Below are positions 51,667 to 64,000 of a stretch of 64,000 nucleotides of DNA, in pieces. The position numbers and the translations under genes were made by a program. The stretch is taken from contig MU053881.1 in NCBI GenBank assembly GCA_013239625.1, positions 7,029,957 through 7,093,956 on the forward strand, given 5' to 3'. Origin of the DNA: Lama guanicoe (Eukaryota). Numbering within the stretch: the first letter of the stretch is position 1; each line of letters opens with the position of its first letter. The notes beneath the pieces are model-generated. The model saw only the letters and a program-made list of their open reading frames with translations. It did not search any database and had not been told where the DNA came from.

Positions 51667-52617
51667 CTGGATGAATATAACACACACACGCGTGTGCGCG
51701 CACACACACACACACCCCACAGAGACTTAGCATGAGGTATTTCTGGGTTGTGCAAAGCCAGTGTTTAGGGCTTGACGTGGTTTCTATGGACCCAAGCCCA
51801 AGTTCATTTATTCTGTTTTGTGTCACACTCCATGCCAGTCTGCCATGTATGGTTGCACAGGTTGCATACTATACAACTCCAATGTGTGTGTCAAGGGGGA
51901 GGTCATTCACTTAGACTACTGTGTGAATGATACCCCCTAGAACTGTAAAATACAGTCTTATTTCCAGCCTTCTCTTCCTGGACTCTGAGGCCAACTGGGA
52001 AGTTTCTGGAAGATTCTTTCATCACTGGAAGACATCTCAGCTGGCCCCTTGCTCTCTCATCTGGCAGGACAGTAAATAATCTCTCCTCATCCCAGGCTCC
52101 TAGAATGCTTTCAACAATCCTCTCTTTCAGGGGGAAGCTAGGGTTGAACCCAGGACTGCCTGGCACCAAGTCTCATATCAAAGAGTTACTAGTTTATAAG
52201 ATAAAAACTCTTAGAGTCAGGGCAGTGAGAATTTCATCTCTGCATCCCCAGCTGGGGGAGCTTAGGTTGGGGACAGAGAGCAGAGAGATAGAAACACCTG
52301 CTCCCCGCCCCAGGAGGGCTGTTCTCCCCTTCAGCCGGGGAGACAGGCGGCTTCTCCCCAGCCTCGCAGAGCCCTTTGTGATGGTAGAAAGGACACGGCG
52401 ACAGCCCGGGTTCAGATCCTGGCTCTGTCACATCTGGGCTGCGTGGGCGCTGGCAAGCACTTCACCTCCCTGCCTCTCAGACGCCACCTCTGTAACCCCA
52501 CCTCACTGTGAGAGTGAGGCTCGAGCGGGACCACATCTGAGCCCCCAGTACCCTGCCGGGCGTGCATGGAGATTTGCCAATGGCTCACTGGAGAGGCATC
52601 TGGCCTCGGAGGCTCAC

Positions 52618-52789
52618 CCGCTTCAGGCCCGACTCTGCTGTGGCCTTCTCGTCCGCAAACACCACGCTGCTTCTCTTGGCCCTCTTCTTGGACCTCCGTA
52701 GCTTGACCTCTGGCAGGGTGCTCCCCGGGGAGATCGGCTCCTCCTGCTCCGCTTTTGGAGTCCTGGGAGGCACTAGTTCCAGGTCGAAG
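52618..52789 (-). CDS. DOCK2: DOCK2 coding exon, 4th from last (polybasic cluster)
   Basis: ttcag|[58 protein letters not shown]|gtgag. 172 nt, phase 2/0. Confidence 0.96.
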
Positions 52790-53555
52790 CTGAATGGCAG
52801 TGGAGATAGCAATAGAAACTGCAGTTAGAGCTTCAGTGGAACTGTCCTGCAGGGACCCAGGCTGACTGAGCCGTCACAACAGGGTCCGGGGGTAGGTCAA
52901 GGTCAGCTCTCCTGGCAGAGTTTGGAGAGGCACTTGTGTAATTGGCAAACATTCAAAGTGCAGGTTAAAATAAAACTGAAGGCAATGAGCCATCACTTTT
53001 TGGTGATGAAGAGAGAAAATGGGCTAAACCTATGGATCTGAATTCAAATCTGTGTCACTTTTTAGGTGAAATACTTTGGGCAAATCACTCAGCCTCTCTG
53101 AGCCATGATTTCCTTCTCAGTAAGTGGGGGTGTTTGCAGTGACCCTGCAGAGTGGCCATGAGATGAGGTCGAGGACCCTTTGCACATTCTTGACCTGGGG
53201 AGAGTGCTCGATTCACAGTGTGTTATTACAGTAGTTGAGTTGGGCAGGGCAGAGCAGAGGGCTCCAGGAAGGTGGAAAGGGGAAGCTTTTCTTGGGGTGA
53301 AGAGGAGAACCCCAACAGAGGTACAGGTAGGTACAGGGGGAGGAGCTCTGGGGTGGGGAGTTGGGAGGCACGGAGCCCCAGCAGAGATGAGAAGATGAGT
53401 GGGTCAGGCTGGCTGATGGAGATCGCTGGACTGGGAGTCTGCGGGCTGCAGTGAGTCCTGCTGGGTCCTCAGGAAAAGCCACTGAATCTCTCTGGGCTTC
53501 GACTGGTCCCCTAACAGTGGCTCCAAGCCCCATAGGGTAGTTTTGAGGGTTCTCA

Positions 53556-53963
<408 letters not shown>

Positions 53964-53989
53964 TCAGGACAAAAACGTCCTGGCCAGCT

Positions 53990-55000
53990 GAGGCTAAGGG
54001 GTTTAATAAAGAATCTGTCAGGCCTTTATTCCTGGTTCCTGGGAGGTGATGTCTAAATCCTTGCTATTTCCCCACTGATAGGAGTGACTCTGTTTTTCAT
54101 AGTGGCTCCTTTACGCTGATGAGAAGATTCAGGATGGGAGCTGGCCAGAAAGCCCAGCCTTGTGATTACAGGGCTGGGACTCTGAGCCAGACAGAATCAG
54201 CTCAGCCTCCGGGGAGAGAAGTGGGGCTGGACATTCATTTCAGTCACACAGCCAGTGATTCTTTCCGTCATGCCTATGTAATGAAACCCCAATAAAAACT
54301 CCAGACCTTAGGCTAAGGTGAGCTTTCCTGGTTGGTAATCGCACATGGACGTACGGGTAGGGCAGACAAGGTGATGGGTCCTGATTACTCAGGAGCTGTG
54401 CATTTGGGAGCCTCCCAGATCTCACCCTGTACATCTCTTAGTTTGGCTGATCCTGATTTGTTTCCTGTATAATAAAACTGTACCCATAAGGACAGCTGTC
54501 CCTCAGTTTCCACGGGGAAATCCATTCCATGACGCCCAGGATACCAGAATCCATGGATGCTCAAGTCCCTTGTATATTTGCCTGTAACCTATGCACATCC
54601 CCTCGTATACTTGAAGTCATCTCTAGATTACTTATAACGCCTAAAACTATGTGAACGTTGTAGATACAACATAATGTGAGGTAAACAGATGCCAGCACAG
54701 CAAATTCAAGTTTTGCTTTTTTCCTGGATTTTTTTTTCCCGAAGTATTTTCGATCCTCGGTTGGTCAAATCTTCAAATAGTGAATCCACAGATACCGAGG
54801 GAGGGCCGACTTCTTGAGTTCTGTGAAATGGTCAGACCGGAAGAGGGGGTGGGAATCTCCAAATGTGTAACCAGTTGGTCAGAGGTGCAGGTGGCCTGGG
54901 AACCCTGGCGTCTGAAGGGAGGAGAGTCTTGTGGAGGCCTCTGTCCTTAACCTATGCAATGTGACCCAGCTCTGGGTAGTGACCATCAGAATCACATTGG
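53990..55000 (+). mobile_element. MER21-like LTR in a DOCK2 intron
   Basis: cctggttcctgg..ctaaatcctt..tgataggagt..catgcctatgtaatgaaaccccaataaaaactc..gagctttcctggttggtaa..tcctgagttctgtg-like junction. Confidence 0.7.
54493..54811 (+). mobile_element. MER2 (TcMar-Tigger) nested inside the MER21-like LTR
   Basis: cagctgtccctcag..ataccagaatccatggatgctcaagtccctt..gtcatctctagattacttataa..ttttcgatcctcggttgg..gataccgagggagggccgact. Confidence 0.8.
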
Positions 55001-55605
55001 GATGTCATGCAGGGAGTAACTTGTCTCATGGAAAAGCTCTTAGACCAGAAGACGAGAGACCCAAGTTCACCTCCACGCTCCTCCAGTAACTCACTTCCCG
55101 TCTCTGGACCTCGATTTTCCCATCTGTAAAGTCAGAGGATTGGGCCAGGTGGCCTCTGAGGGATCACACAGTCTTGACATTTTTTAACTCCACTGTCTGG
55201 GGAAGAGGATAAAGAATATGTCCTGTGAGCACCAGGCCAACAGCCTTTTGAGGCCATGGAGTTTATTAGTGGCCAACAGAGCCAGGTGCAAATTCCAACC
55301 ACATGCACTTGTTCCGTAGCCTTTGGCAAGTCACTTAGCACCCTGGAATCTCCAGAAGAGATACGAGGGGTTAAAAACCATTCCCAGGCTTGTTGTGAAA
55401 CTAAAAGACCTAAGTGCTTAGATCAGATTGGCACATAGTAGGTGCTTCACGGTGCCTTGAGTGCTAAGGGTTCCATCTGTAGCTGGTGTTTATCTGGGGT
55501 GACTTCTGAGGGACCAAGTTTACAGAAAGGGTCTCTGGGTTGAGCCTAGCTCTGCTGGCCCTCAGGCCCATCTCTTCGAGGGCAGATTCCTTTGCTCTGG
55601 TCTCA

Positions 55606-56025
<420 letters not shown>

Positions 56026-56129
56026 TTAAAAAAATTAATATATAGAAACAGAAAAGATTTTTTATCCAAGACAAAGATTTTATTTAACAAAGAAAGGATA
56101 ATGGAAATGCTACATATAAAAACTCTATT

Positions 56130-57900
56130 AGCAGTTGATATAATTTTATCTGTAGAACACCCAAAAGAAAGTGTAAAGAATTTGACTTATAAAGTGAATT
56201 TGATAAGTGAGGTTACTGGATACAAGATAAATATACCAAAAAAATTGTGATTATATTGACAGAAAGAAAAATTTTAAAAACAATACCACTTATAATAGAA
56301 TTGAAACCATCAAATACCTAAAAACAAATCTAATACAGTATGTGGAAGACCTTTACAATGAAAACTACAAAACTTTGCTGAGTGAAATGAAAGAACTAAA
56401 TAAAAGGAGAGAGATTCCATGTTCATGTGTTAGAAGATTCGACATCATTAAGACAGCAACTCTTCCCAAATTAACCTACATATTTAATACATCCCTAATC
56501 AAAATCTCAATGTGTTTTGAAGGGTGTGTGAAAACTGGCAAGCTGATTTAAAGATTTATATGGAAATACAAAGGATTGGAAGAACTAAGATAAATCTGAA
56601 AAAAAAAATTGCAGAACTCTCATTACCAGCTCTCAAGACTTACTGTAAAGCTAGAGTAACTAAGACAGGATGGTACTGGTACAAGCATGGTCAGACAGAC
56701 CAATGGGATAGAATAGAAATTCCAGAAACAGACTGACACATATGTGATCACCTTATGTCAAAGCTGGGGAAAATAACAGCCTTTTCAACAAATTCCAACA
56801 ATGCTGGAATAATTAGAAATCTGTATAGGAAAAAAACTGATCCTGGGGGAGGGCATAGCTCAGTGGTAGAGCACGTGTTTAGCACACACAAGGTCCTGGG
56901 TTCAATCCCCAGTACCTCCATTAAAAATAAATGAATAAATAACCTAATTATTCTCCCCACCCCCCAAAAAGAAAAATTTATCCTTTACTTCACGTCAGTC
57001 AAAATGGAGCATATACTTAAGTGTATGGGATAAAACAATAAAATGTAAGAGAGTATCGTTATGATCTTGGGGTAGCCAGAGATTTCTTAAAGCAGACACA
57101 ACAATGGTAATCATTAAAAAATGGATAAATTGAACCTCATCAACATTATAAATTTCCATTCTCCAAAATACACCATTAAGAAAGTAAACAGACAAGCCAC
57201 AGACCGAGTGAAGACATTTGCAATACATATATTTGATGAAGGATTCATATCTAGAATATATATATATAGATGCCTATGAATTATTAATAAAAAGACAATT
57301 CGGTTAATAACATAAAAGATTTGAACAAACATTTCACAGAAAGGTTATTCAATTAGCCAATAAACACATGAAAAGGCAACGAACACCCTTGCTCAGGAAG
57401 GAAAAGCAAATTTAAATTACACTGAGGTACCACCCCACAAGCACTGGAAAGACTAAAAGGAAAGACTCGCACTGTCATGTGTTAGTGAGGATGTGGAGCG
57501 ACTCAGGCTCACAGAAGTTGCTGATGGGAGTGTAAACTGGCTCACCCACTTTGGAAAACTGCTTCTTGGTCTCCAGGAAAAGGCTAAAGAGGCCATGTGT
57601 GACCCAGGCGGACAGTGAGGGCATTGAGTGCTCATGTCCATCGAAAGACATAAGTAAGAATGCTCGGACAGCTTTTTTCATACCATCTCGAACCTGAAAA
57701 CCACCCACCATCAACAGGAGAATGGATACATAAATTGGTGTTATTGGTAGACTGTACTGTCACACAACGAGTAACACTTGGGAACAAAAAAGAACTTCCC
57801 TTACATGTACGCAACAACCTGGATAAATCTCAAGGCGTTATGTTGAACAGAAGCCAGGCACCCAGCGGTACATACTGTACGTCACATCTAATGCCTGTGA
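56130..57900 (+). mobile_element. Old L1 ORF2 3' end / 3' UTR in a DOCK2 intron (antisense to DOCK2)
   Basis: Degenerate translation EDLYNENYKTLL..IPCS..LPKL..KTYCKARVTKTGWYWYK..DQWDRIE is the L1 ORF2 C-terminal region, frameshifted. Confidence 0.85.
56845..56970 (+). mobile_element. tRNA-Ala-derived camelid SINE (Vic-1 type)
   Basis: gggggagggcatagctcagtggtagagcacgtgtttagcacacacaaggtcctgggttcaatccccagtacctcc plus tail. Degenerate TSD aaaaa..t.atcct on both sides. Sits inside an intronic L1. Confidence 0.85.
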
Positions 57901-58519
57901 CCTGTTAGGGCTCCCTGGGGCACCCCAGAAATATTGGAGGGAGGAAACCAATCAAAGCTGGGTCTTCCTGCTCCCCAAGCTTGCGGGGGCGGGGCACGAT
58001 CATTATCTGAGTATTAACAGGTGTGATGACTTCGGAAGGCTGGGGCCCTCGGGGATGTCTGGGTTTCACAGGTGGCTCAAGGTAAGAAGGGAGAGAAAAT
58101 TCCAGACACACAAAATGCATTCAGGAGAATGTGTCTGTGCAGGGCTTGGTGCTCAGTGTTTCATTTTTAAGGCCTCACTTTGCATAAATCGGCAGAGGCA
58201 GAGAAGGACCTGAATTAGGAATCCTTATTTTAAGAAAAGAGGCTGCACCCGGTGCTTCTCATTCTCTGATTTCCCTAGAGTAACAAGAACTCCGGACCAC
58301 AGTAGTGTGCTTTTCTCTGCACTGTGACCGGCAGCTGCAGGGCTGCCCTCTGCTCAGGGCTCACCTCCCTCCAGCCCCCTCCGGAGCCCCCCCTAGGTGC
58401 TGGTGGTCGTGGAGAGCAGGGATACGTCTGAGGAGGGGTGGCTGCAGGCCTGGATGGGGAGCCTGGTCCTCCAGGTGCCTCTAGGGGAAGGAGGGGGTCT
58501 GCTGGGTTGTTCCTTCTCC

Positions 58520-58850
58520 AGGCAGTGGGAGAGAGCAGGAGAGAGATGGAGGGAGAGAAAACACAGGAGACGGGGCCAGAGAGAGAAGCGGCCAAGGAGG
58601 GAGGGCAGTGGAGAGAGAAGAGGGAGGGAAGGGAGCCAGGAGAGAGGTGTGAGGGGGCGGCGGCAGAGCGAGGCAGCAGTCGGAGAGGGGAGGGGGAGAA
58701 GCAAAGGACTTCAAAGAGGAGAAAGACAGAGACAGATGCCCAGAAAGAGTCAGAGAGAAGGAGCAGGGAAGGAAGGCACGGGGGCCAGGAGCGGGGGCAT
58801 GCAGGGAAGACCAGCAGACAGCGGGAGAGAGCAGGGAGCTGGGAGGACGG
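58520..58850. repeat. GA-rich low-complexity tract in a DOCK2 intron
   Basis: Purine-rich on +. Explains several long spurious ORFs. Confidence 0.8.
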
Positions 58851-59450
58851 TCCTTCCAAGGCGCCGGCTCAGCTCCAGCCGGGAGAGCAGAGCAGTTCCT
58901 GCCGGCCACCGCCTCCGCCACCACAGGCCCTTAGACCCCAAACCCACCAAACCACGGCCTCGATTATTTTCAAAACCTGATATCCATCTGAGCATTATCT
59001 GCAACAAACTGGGTCAGCCTTACAAGGAGGAGAGGTGGGGGTGGGGGCCGAATTCTCCTAGTATCTGATTGGCGGGTGCCGGGTGTGGGGGCAGGTGATG
59101 GTAGGTGTGTGGGAGCCCGGCTTGCATTTCAGTCCCACTGGGGGAAGCCACCTCCTGAATTCTACAACTGGTACAGCCTGTCTTTGCAACGCACAGCACA
59201 GCACAGCACAGCATCGCTGCCCTGCCCGGCCCCAACCTGTGCAGCACCCCGAGGGGGCCGTGCCCCAAATTCTGGTTCCAGGATGTGCCTGCCCAGGTGA
59301 AGAGAGAGTCAGAAGAAAGGGCAAAAGCCAAAGGGCAGGAGAATAGGTGAAACTCGGCCACACCAGCCAGAGGCTAGCAGAGGGCGCTTGAGCCAGGGCC
59401 GGGGAAGGAGGGAGGCAGGGCTGGCTCTGCCCAGTCCGGCTCTTCTTTAC

Positions 59451-59534
59451 CTGCCACGCAATCAGGTCCTTGAGGCGGCTCAGCTTGTCCTGGTCCTCGG
59501 GGTGGTCCCTGCTGTACTCCTCAGTGAAGAAGGC
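59451..59534 (-). CDS. DOCK2: DOCK2 coding exon, 7th from last (DHR-2)
   Basis: tcctag|[28 protein letters not shown]|gtaaag. 84 nt. Confidence 0.96.
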
Positions 59535-60926
59535 CTAGGAGGACAGACAGTTCCTTTGGGGGCACCCCACAACCCATCTCTCTGGCACTGGGAGAGGATT
59601 CCATTTGCAAGGGCCAGGAAAGAGGCCATTCCTGTTTGGATGGGGCCACAGTCAGGCACCTGTAGAGCCTCAAATCAGTCCCCACTGGGGACCGGACACA
59701 ACCTCCAGGGAAGTAGCACTTAAAGTGTGGTCTCTGGACTGGCAGCCGCAGCAGGCATCGTTGGAAACCTGGCAGAGAAGAACGCTCTTGGGCCCCACCC
59801 AGACCCACAGAATCAGAATCTCTGGGCTGGGGGTGGGGTGGGGGCGGCTGTGTGTTAAGAGCCCTGGAGGGGATTCTGCTGCACATTCAGGGCATTGTCC
59901 CCGGGGAAAACTCAGTGAGGAACTTCCCCCGGTGGGCTCTCCTGCCCACCTCCCTGCCTCCCTCATTGTGTGTGGCCTCGGCAGCCCCAGCTCTTTCTGG
60001 GGCCCATGCTCTCAGTATGTACGCACGTACATACAGACATATCTTATCCAACTCTCAAGGCTGAACAAAGGTTACCAGTGATGACTATCTGGGGTATCCA
60101 AGGGTACCTGGAAGGACTGACTGGGTGACTAGAATTACTGCCCCTGAATTATACTATTGTGTTGTATTCTTAGTTTTACATCAATGGATGATGTAGGGAA
60201 GATAATAAGGAATTCATCATGAGGTTTATAAGAATGATGAGTCCATTTTTTTTCAAAATCTCAATGTCCCATTAATGCATGGCCTGGGAGAAAACCGAAT
60301 GAAAACTTTCTGTTCTACTTCAGTGTTGGAAAAGGCTAAGTCCCCTCACCAAAAGAAATTATTATTTACCCCTAAGTGAAAAATGATGGCCTTTCCCTTT
60401 TTGCCATGGACACCAGGAGGCTCAAAAATGAAATCTGTGCCTGAAATGTGTGGGGACTTCAGGAGGGCTTCTATAACTTGGATATCTAGATTATAACTCC
60501 TCCTTTGGAGTTGATCTCTTATCCCTTCTATATGTTCACAGATTCTGGGTTTCATTTCTTCTCATTTATAGACAGCATTTGTACCATCCATAGAAAAGAT
60601 GTCTTCACATGGGTGGCACATGCCTTACTTCGTGGCTCTTGACTTTAATGGTCTGTCTCCTGGTCATCCCAGAGCCTTTCCTTGCCAGAGGCACCTGGAT
60701 GTGCCCAGTGGGACAACGGGCCTTTAGGACCCCTGCTCCTTCCTGCCACAGCACAGAGCATGGCACTGAGGGTGCGGAGGAAGCGAGAGTGAGGCTACAG
60801 AAACTCTGGAAGGTGTATGAGGTCCAAGCAAGCTGATGCGTCCCTCTGAGGGACAAACACCCGCAGTAAGACGTGTGGCCTGCGGCGGTATCCGCCCCGG
60901 GCCTTCCTGCCCCTGCTCTGCCCTCA

Positions 60927-61163
<237 letters not shown>

Positions 61164-63389
61164 TCAAAAACAGATGTAATTATTGGTACTGATTTCACTT
61201 GGGGTTGGAATTCAAAAGAGGCAAAGCTCCCCTCGGGGCTGTAGCAGGCTCTTGTAACGAGAGAGCCCAGGGGGGCCATCTGCTGTCTGGGGAGAAACAG
61301 GCTGAATTTGTGCTTAGTGAGAAAGAGGTGTCCCTGGGGAGACGGGCCAGACATGTCAGGGACTTGAGGGGTCTCAGAGGCTGTGCACCTACTATGTGTG
61401 AACACTTAGCCGGACGGATTAGAGCAGCGGGTGGTATGATCACCCAGCCTGGCCCTGAGTAGGTCCTAAGATGAAGTGCTGGTAGCCAGGTCCCCTTGCA
61501 ATCAAGTGGTCCTTCGTACTCCGCAAAGGCATTTCCCCACATTACCCTTTTCAGTCCTCTTAGGAATCCTTTGGGCAGCATAAAATAGGCATATTATTAC
61601 AACTTACTTCTGCCACTGATCACTTGGGCAGTTCAGGTCCCATCTTTGGGCTTCAGTCTTCTCATATGCAAAATAATTCAACTGGGTGAGAACTAGGAAT
61701 GGGGTGCACACTGGAGATCTGTGGGCCAAGCTGGATTTTACCCAGCACGTGAGTTCTAATTTATTGTTACTACTATTATTATTAATTCAACTGGAGGGAG
61801 CTTCCCACAGCTTCCACCACTCCCCGTTGTCTTAAGGTGACAGTTTCCCATATTTATGTTATCTTCCTGGGCTCTGGAGGTACTTGGATTTGTAGCTCTT
61901 GGACTAAATGACCTCCAGAGTGTCTTTCGGCTCTGAAATTCCATCGTATTTCAATCTCTGTTTTACAGATTAGAAGACTAAGGCCAGAGATACACTGTGT
62001 TTATCCAACATCACCTAACTCCTTGCTTTGGGTCTCTGACCTCCCTCCCCCAGCTCAGGGCTTCTTGTAAAGGTTACATATTCTTGGGGCCGAGAACAAG
62101 GAAATACCCCCCACCTCCAGCAGAACTTACACTTGAATCCCATCAGAAAACACCTCTCTGTACAAACAGTCCTGTAGTCATGACAGTTCATGAAAGAAAC
62201 AAGAAGGGCAAGACACAATTTCTATAACACAAAAGCAACTGCTTATGGGTTTTGCCTATTAATTGAGTGACTGCTTGATGGATTCACTTCATTAATAACT
62301 ATTCTTGAGCGTCAGTTATGTGCCAGGGACTATGCTTTGCACTCAGAGGTGTGGCAGGGAACAAAGCAGGCAAAAATCTGTCTTCCTGGAGCTCACAGTC
62401 TAGAGGAGCTTATATCCTAATGTCACTAGATTTAAAATTCTAGATATTAAAAATAAACACACAGGCAAATGATGTGATCTGTTAGGAGGTTATCGGTGCT
62501 TTGAGGAGAAATACCGTGGTGGTGGCGGTGGGGGATGGGAACTGCAGGGAGTGCAGGCAGGGATCCCCTCAGTTTGCCTACAGTCCCGTGGGGACAGCGG
62601 AAGGAGCAGGGGCACCTTACTGAGCATCACCAGAGGACAGGACACAGCCAGGGCCAATGGGTAGCGACCACAGATTAGCAGGAAGTTTCTGTTCCTCATT
62701 TCAAAAATGGGATCCATAATACTGTGTAATTCACAGGGCTTTGCGGGATTAAATAAGATAATGCCATCAAGCCCTTGACACAGCGTCTGGGACACTTGTC
62801 AAAGCCTATTGTGCACTGATGTGTCCCATGAATAAGGGCATGAATGGTTTCTTCCTCTCCAAGGCACTACTTACTGGGGTGGGCTGGGGACACAATGAGG
62901 AAAACGGAGAGAGTGAGTCCATCCGGGTGTCTGATACGGGAGGTTAAAGTCAAACCTCGCCTCTTTTATTAAACTTGAACAACCCACTGACTCTGTACCT
63001 CGGCTCCTTCATCTGTAAGATGGGAAAATAAGAACATCTACCTTGCCGCGTTGTTGAGGGGTTTAAATGAGGTCATGCATAAGAACAGTTTAGCACATGC
63101 TCAGTAATGTCTGTTGATGTCATCATCATCATTAGGATATTTCCCCTCAGGTCTAGGCCACCTCTGTGAAAAGGAGATTGGAGGACCACCGTGCTGCTGG
63201 GGGGCCTTCAGGGCGGGAGAGGGCAGTCTCAATGCTGATCATCAAAGATGTCTGTCAGACCATGTCCCTCCTCTGCTCGTGGCTCCAGTTCACCTAGTGG
63301 AAAAGCCCAAGCCTGTCTGGTGCCTGCAGAGTCCTCCCTGATCTGCTGTCAGACAACTGCCACTCCCCCCTCACTCGTTCTGATTCAGC

Positions 63390-63735
63390 CACAAGCATGT
63401 TTTGTCCCAGGGCCTTTGCACCTGCTGTTCCCTCTGCTAGAACACCCTTCTCTTCAATGTCTGCATGGACCACCCCCCTCACTTTCTCTAGGTCTTTGCT
63501 CAAAAGCCATTTAGCTGGGAGGCTTTCTCTGACCACTTTGCTTAAAATAACCCCTCCTTCATCACCTTTCTCTTTCATTTTTCTCCACAGTGGTTCTCTC
63601 CACCTGGCATAATATATATTTATTTTGACTTTTTAGTATGTCTTCTCCACTAGAATATAAGCTTCATCGCAAAATCTCCAGGTGCTTGGCATGTGTTAGA
63701 AACTCATTAAACACTGGTTGACTGAGTAAGTGAAT
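63390..63735 (+). mobile_element. L2 3' end fragment
   Basis: cagggcctttgcacctgctgttccctctgctagaacacc..ctagaatataagcttc..tgcttggcatgtg..ttgaactgagt. A similar copy lies at about 27240-27655. Confidence 0.7.
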
Positions 63736-64000
63736 AAGGTATCTTGAATATGTCCCTGCTTCTCAGGTTTCCTCACAATCACCCTGGCTTTCCCTTTGCA
63801 TCCTGGGAACTGCAAGACCCTTAGCTGTTTGAGACCCTGAAGTGTGTTGAGAAGCAAAATACACACTATCTGCACAAGAGTTCAAACATTTGTGTACTAG
63901 CCAGAGCTTTGCCTCTGTGTGATTTCCCTTCCCTAGCCTCAGTTTATCCAACTATCAAATGGGTTCATAGTAAGATTCTGCAGAGGGGCCTCAAAGGGCT

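Noticed and set aside
56342..56736. ORFs resembling reverse-transcriptase-associated protein
   Set aside because: Decayed L1 ORF2 fragments with frameshifts, not a domesticated gene.
58275..59068. Several overlapping 150-220 aa ORFs
   Set aside because: Arise from a GA/CT low-complexity tract that lacks stop codons.

Overview
Mammalian genomic DNA, most likely camelid (Camelus/Vicugna/Lama), judged from three tRNA-Ala-derived Vic-1-type SINEs. Two protein-coding genes lie on the minus strand. The first is the 3' end of DOCK2: eight coding exons at 61115-49049, all with GT-AG boundaries and consistent phases, and AATAAA at 48571-48576. About 8.4 kb downstream is the complete two-exon FOXI1 gene (CDS 40149-39576 + 38115-37556, 377 aa), with a CpG-island/TATA promoter and a probable ATTAAA poly(A) signal at 36492-36497. 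The first ~36 kb contains no recognisable gene and is rich in old repeats (MIR, L2, L1, MLT, MER20, MER5, Tigger, MER58, MER63). Between these are several non-repeat islands with dense POU, forkhead, GRHL/CP2, GATA and E-box motifs, which are candidate FOXI1 enhancers. Nearly all other ORFs in the six-frame track are GC-rich or repeat-derived noise. I found no convincing novel coding system. The best leads are regulatory and splicing observations. Repeat family names come from recall of consensus sequences, not from a database search, and repeat boundaries are approximate.
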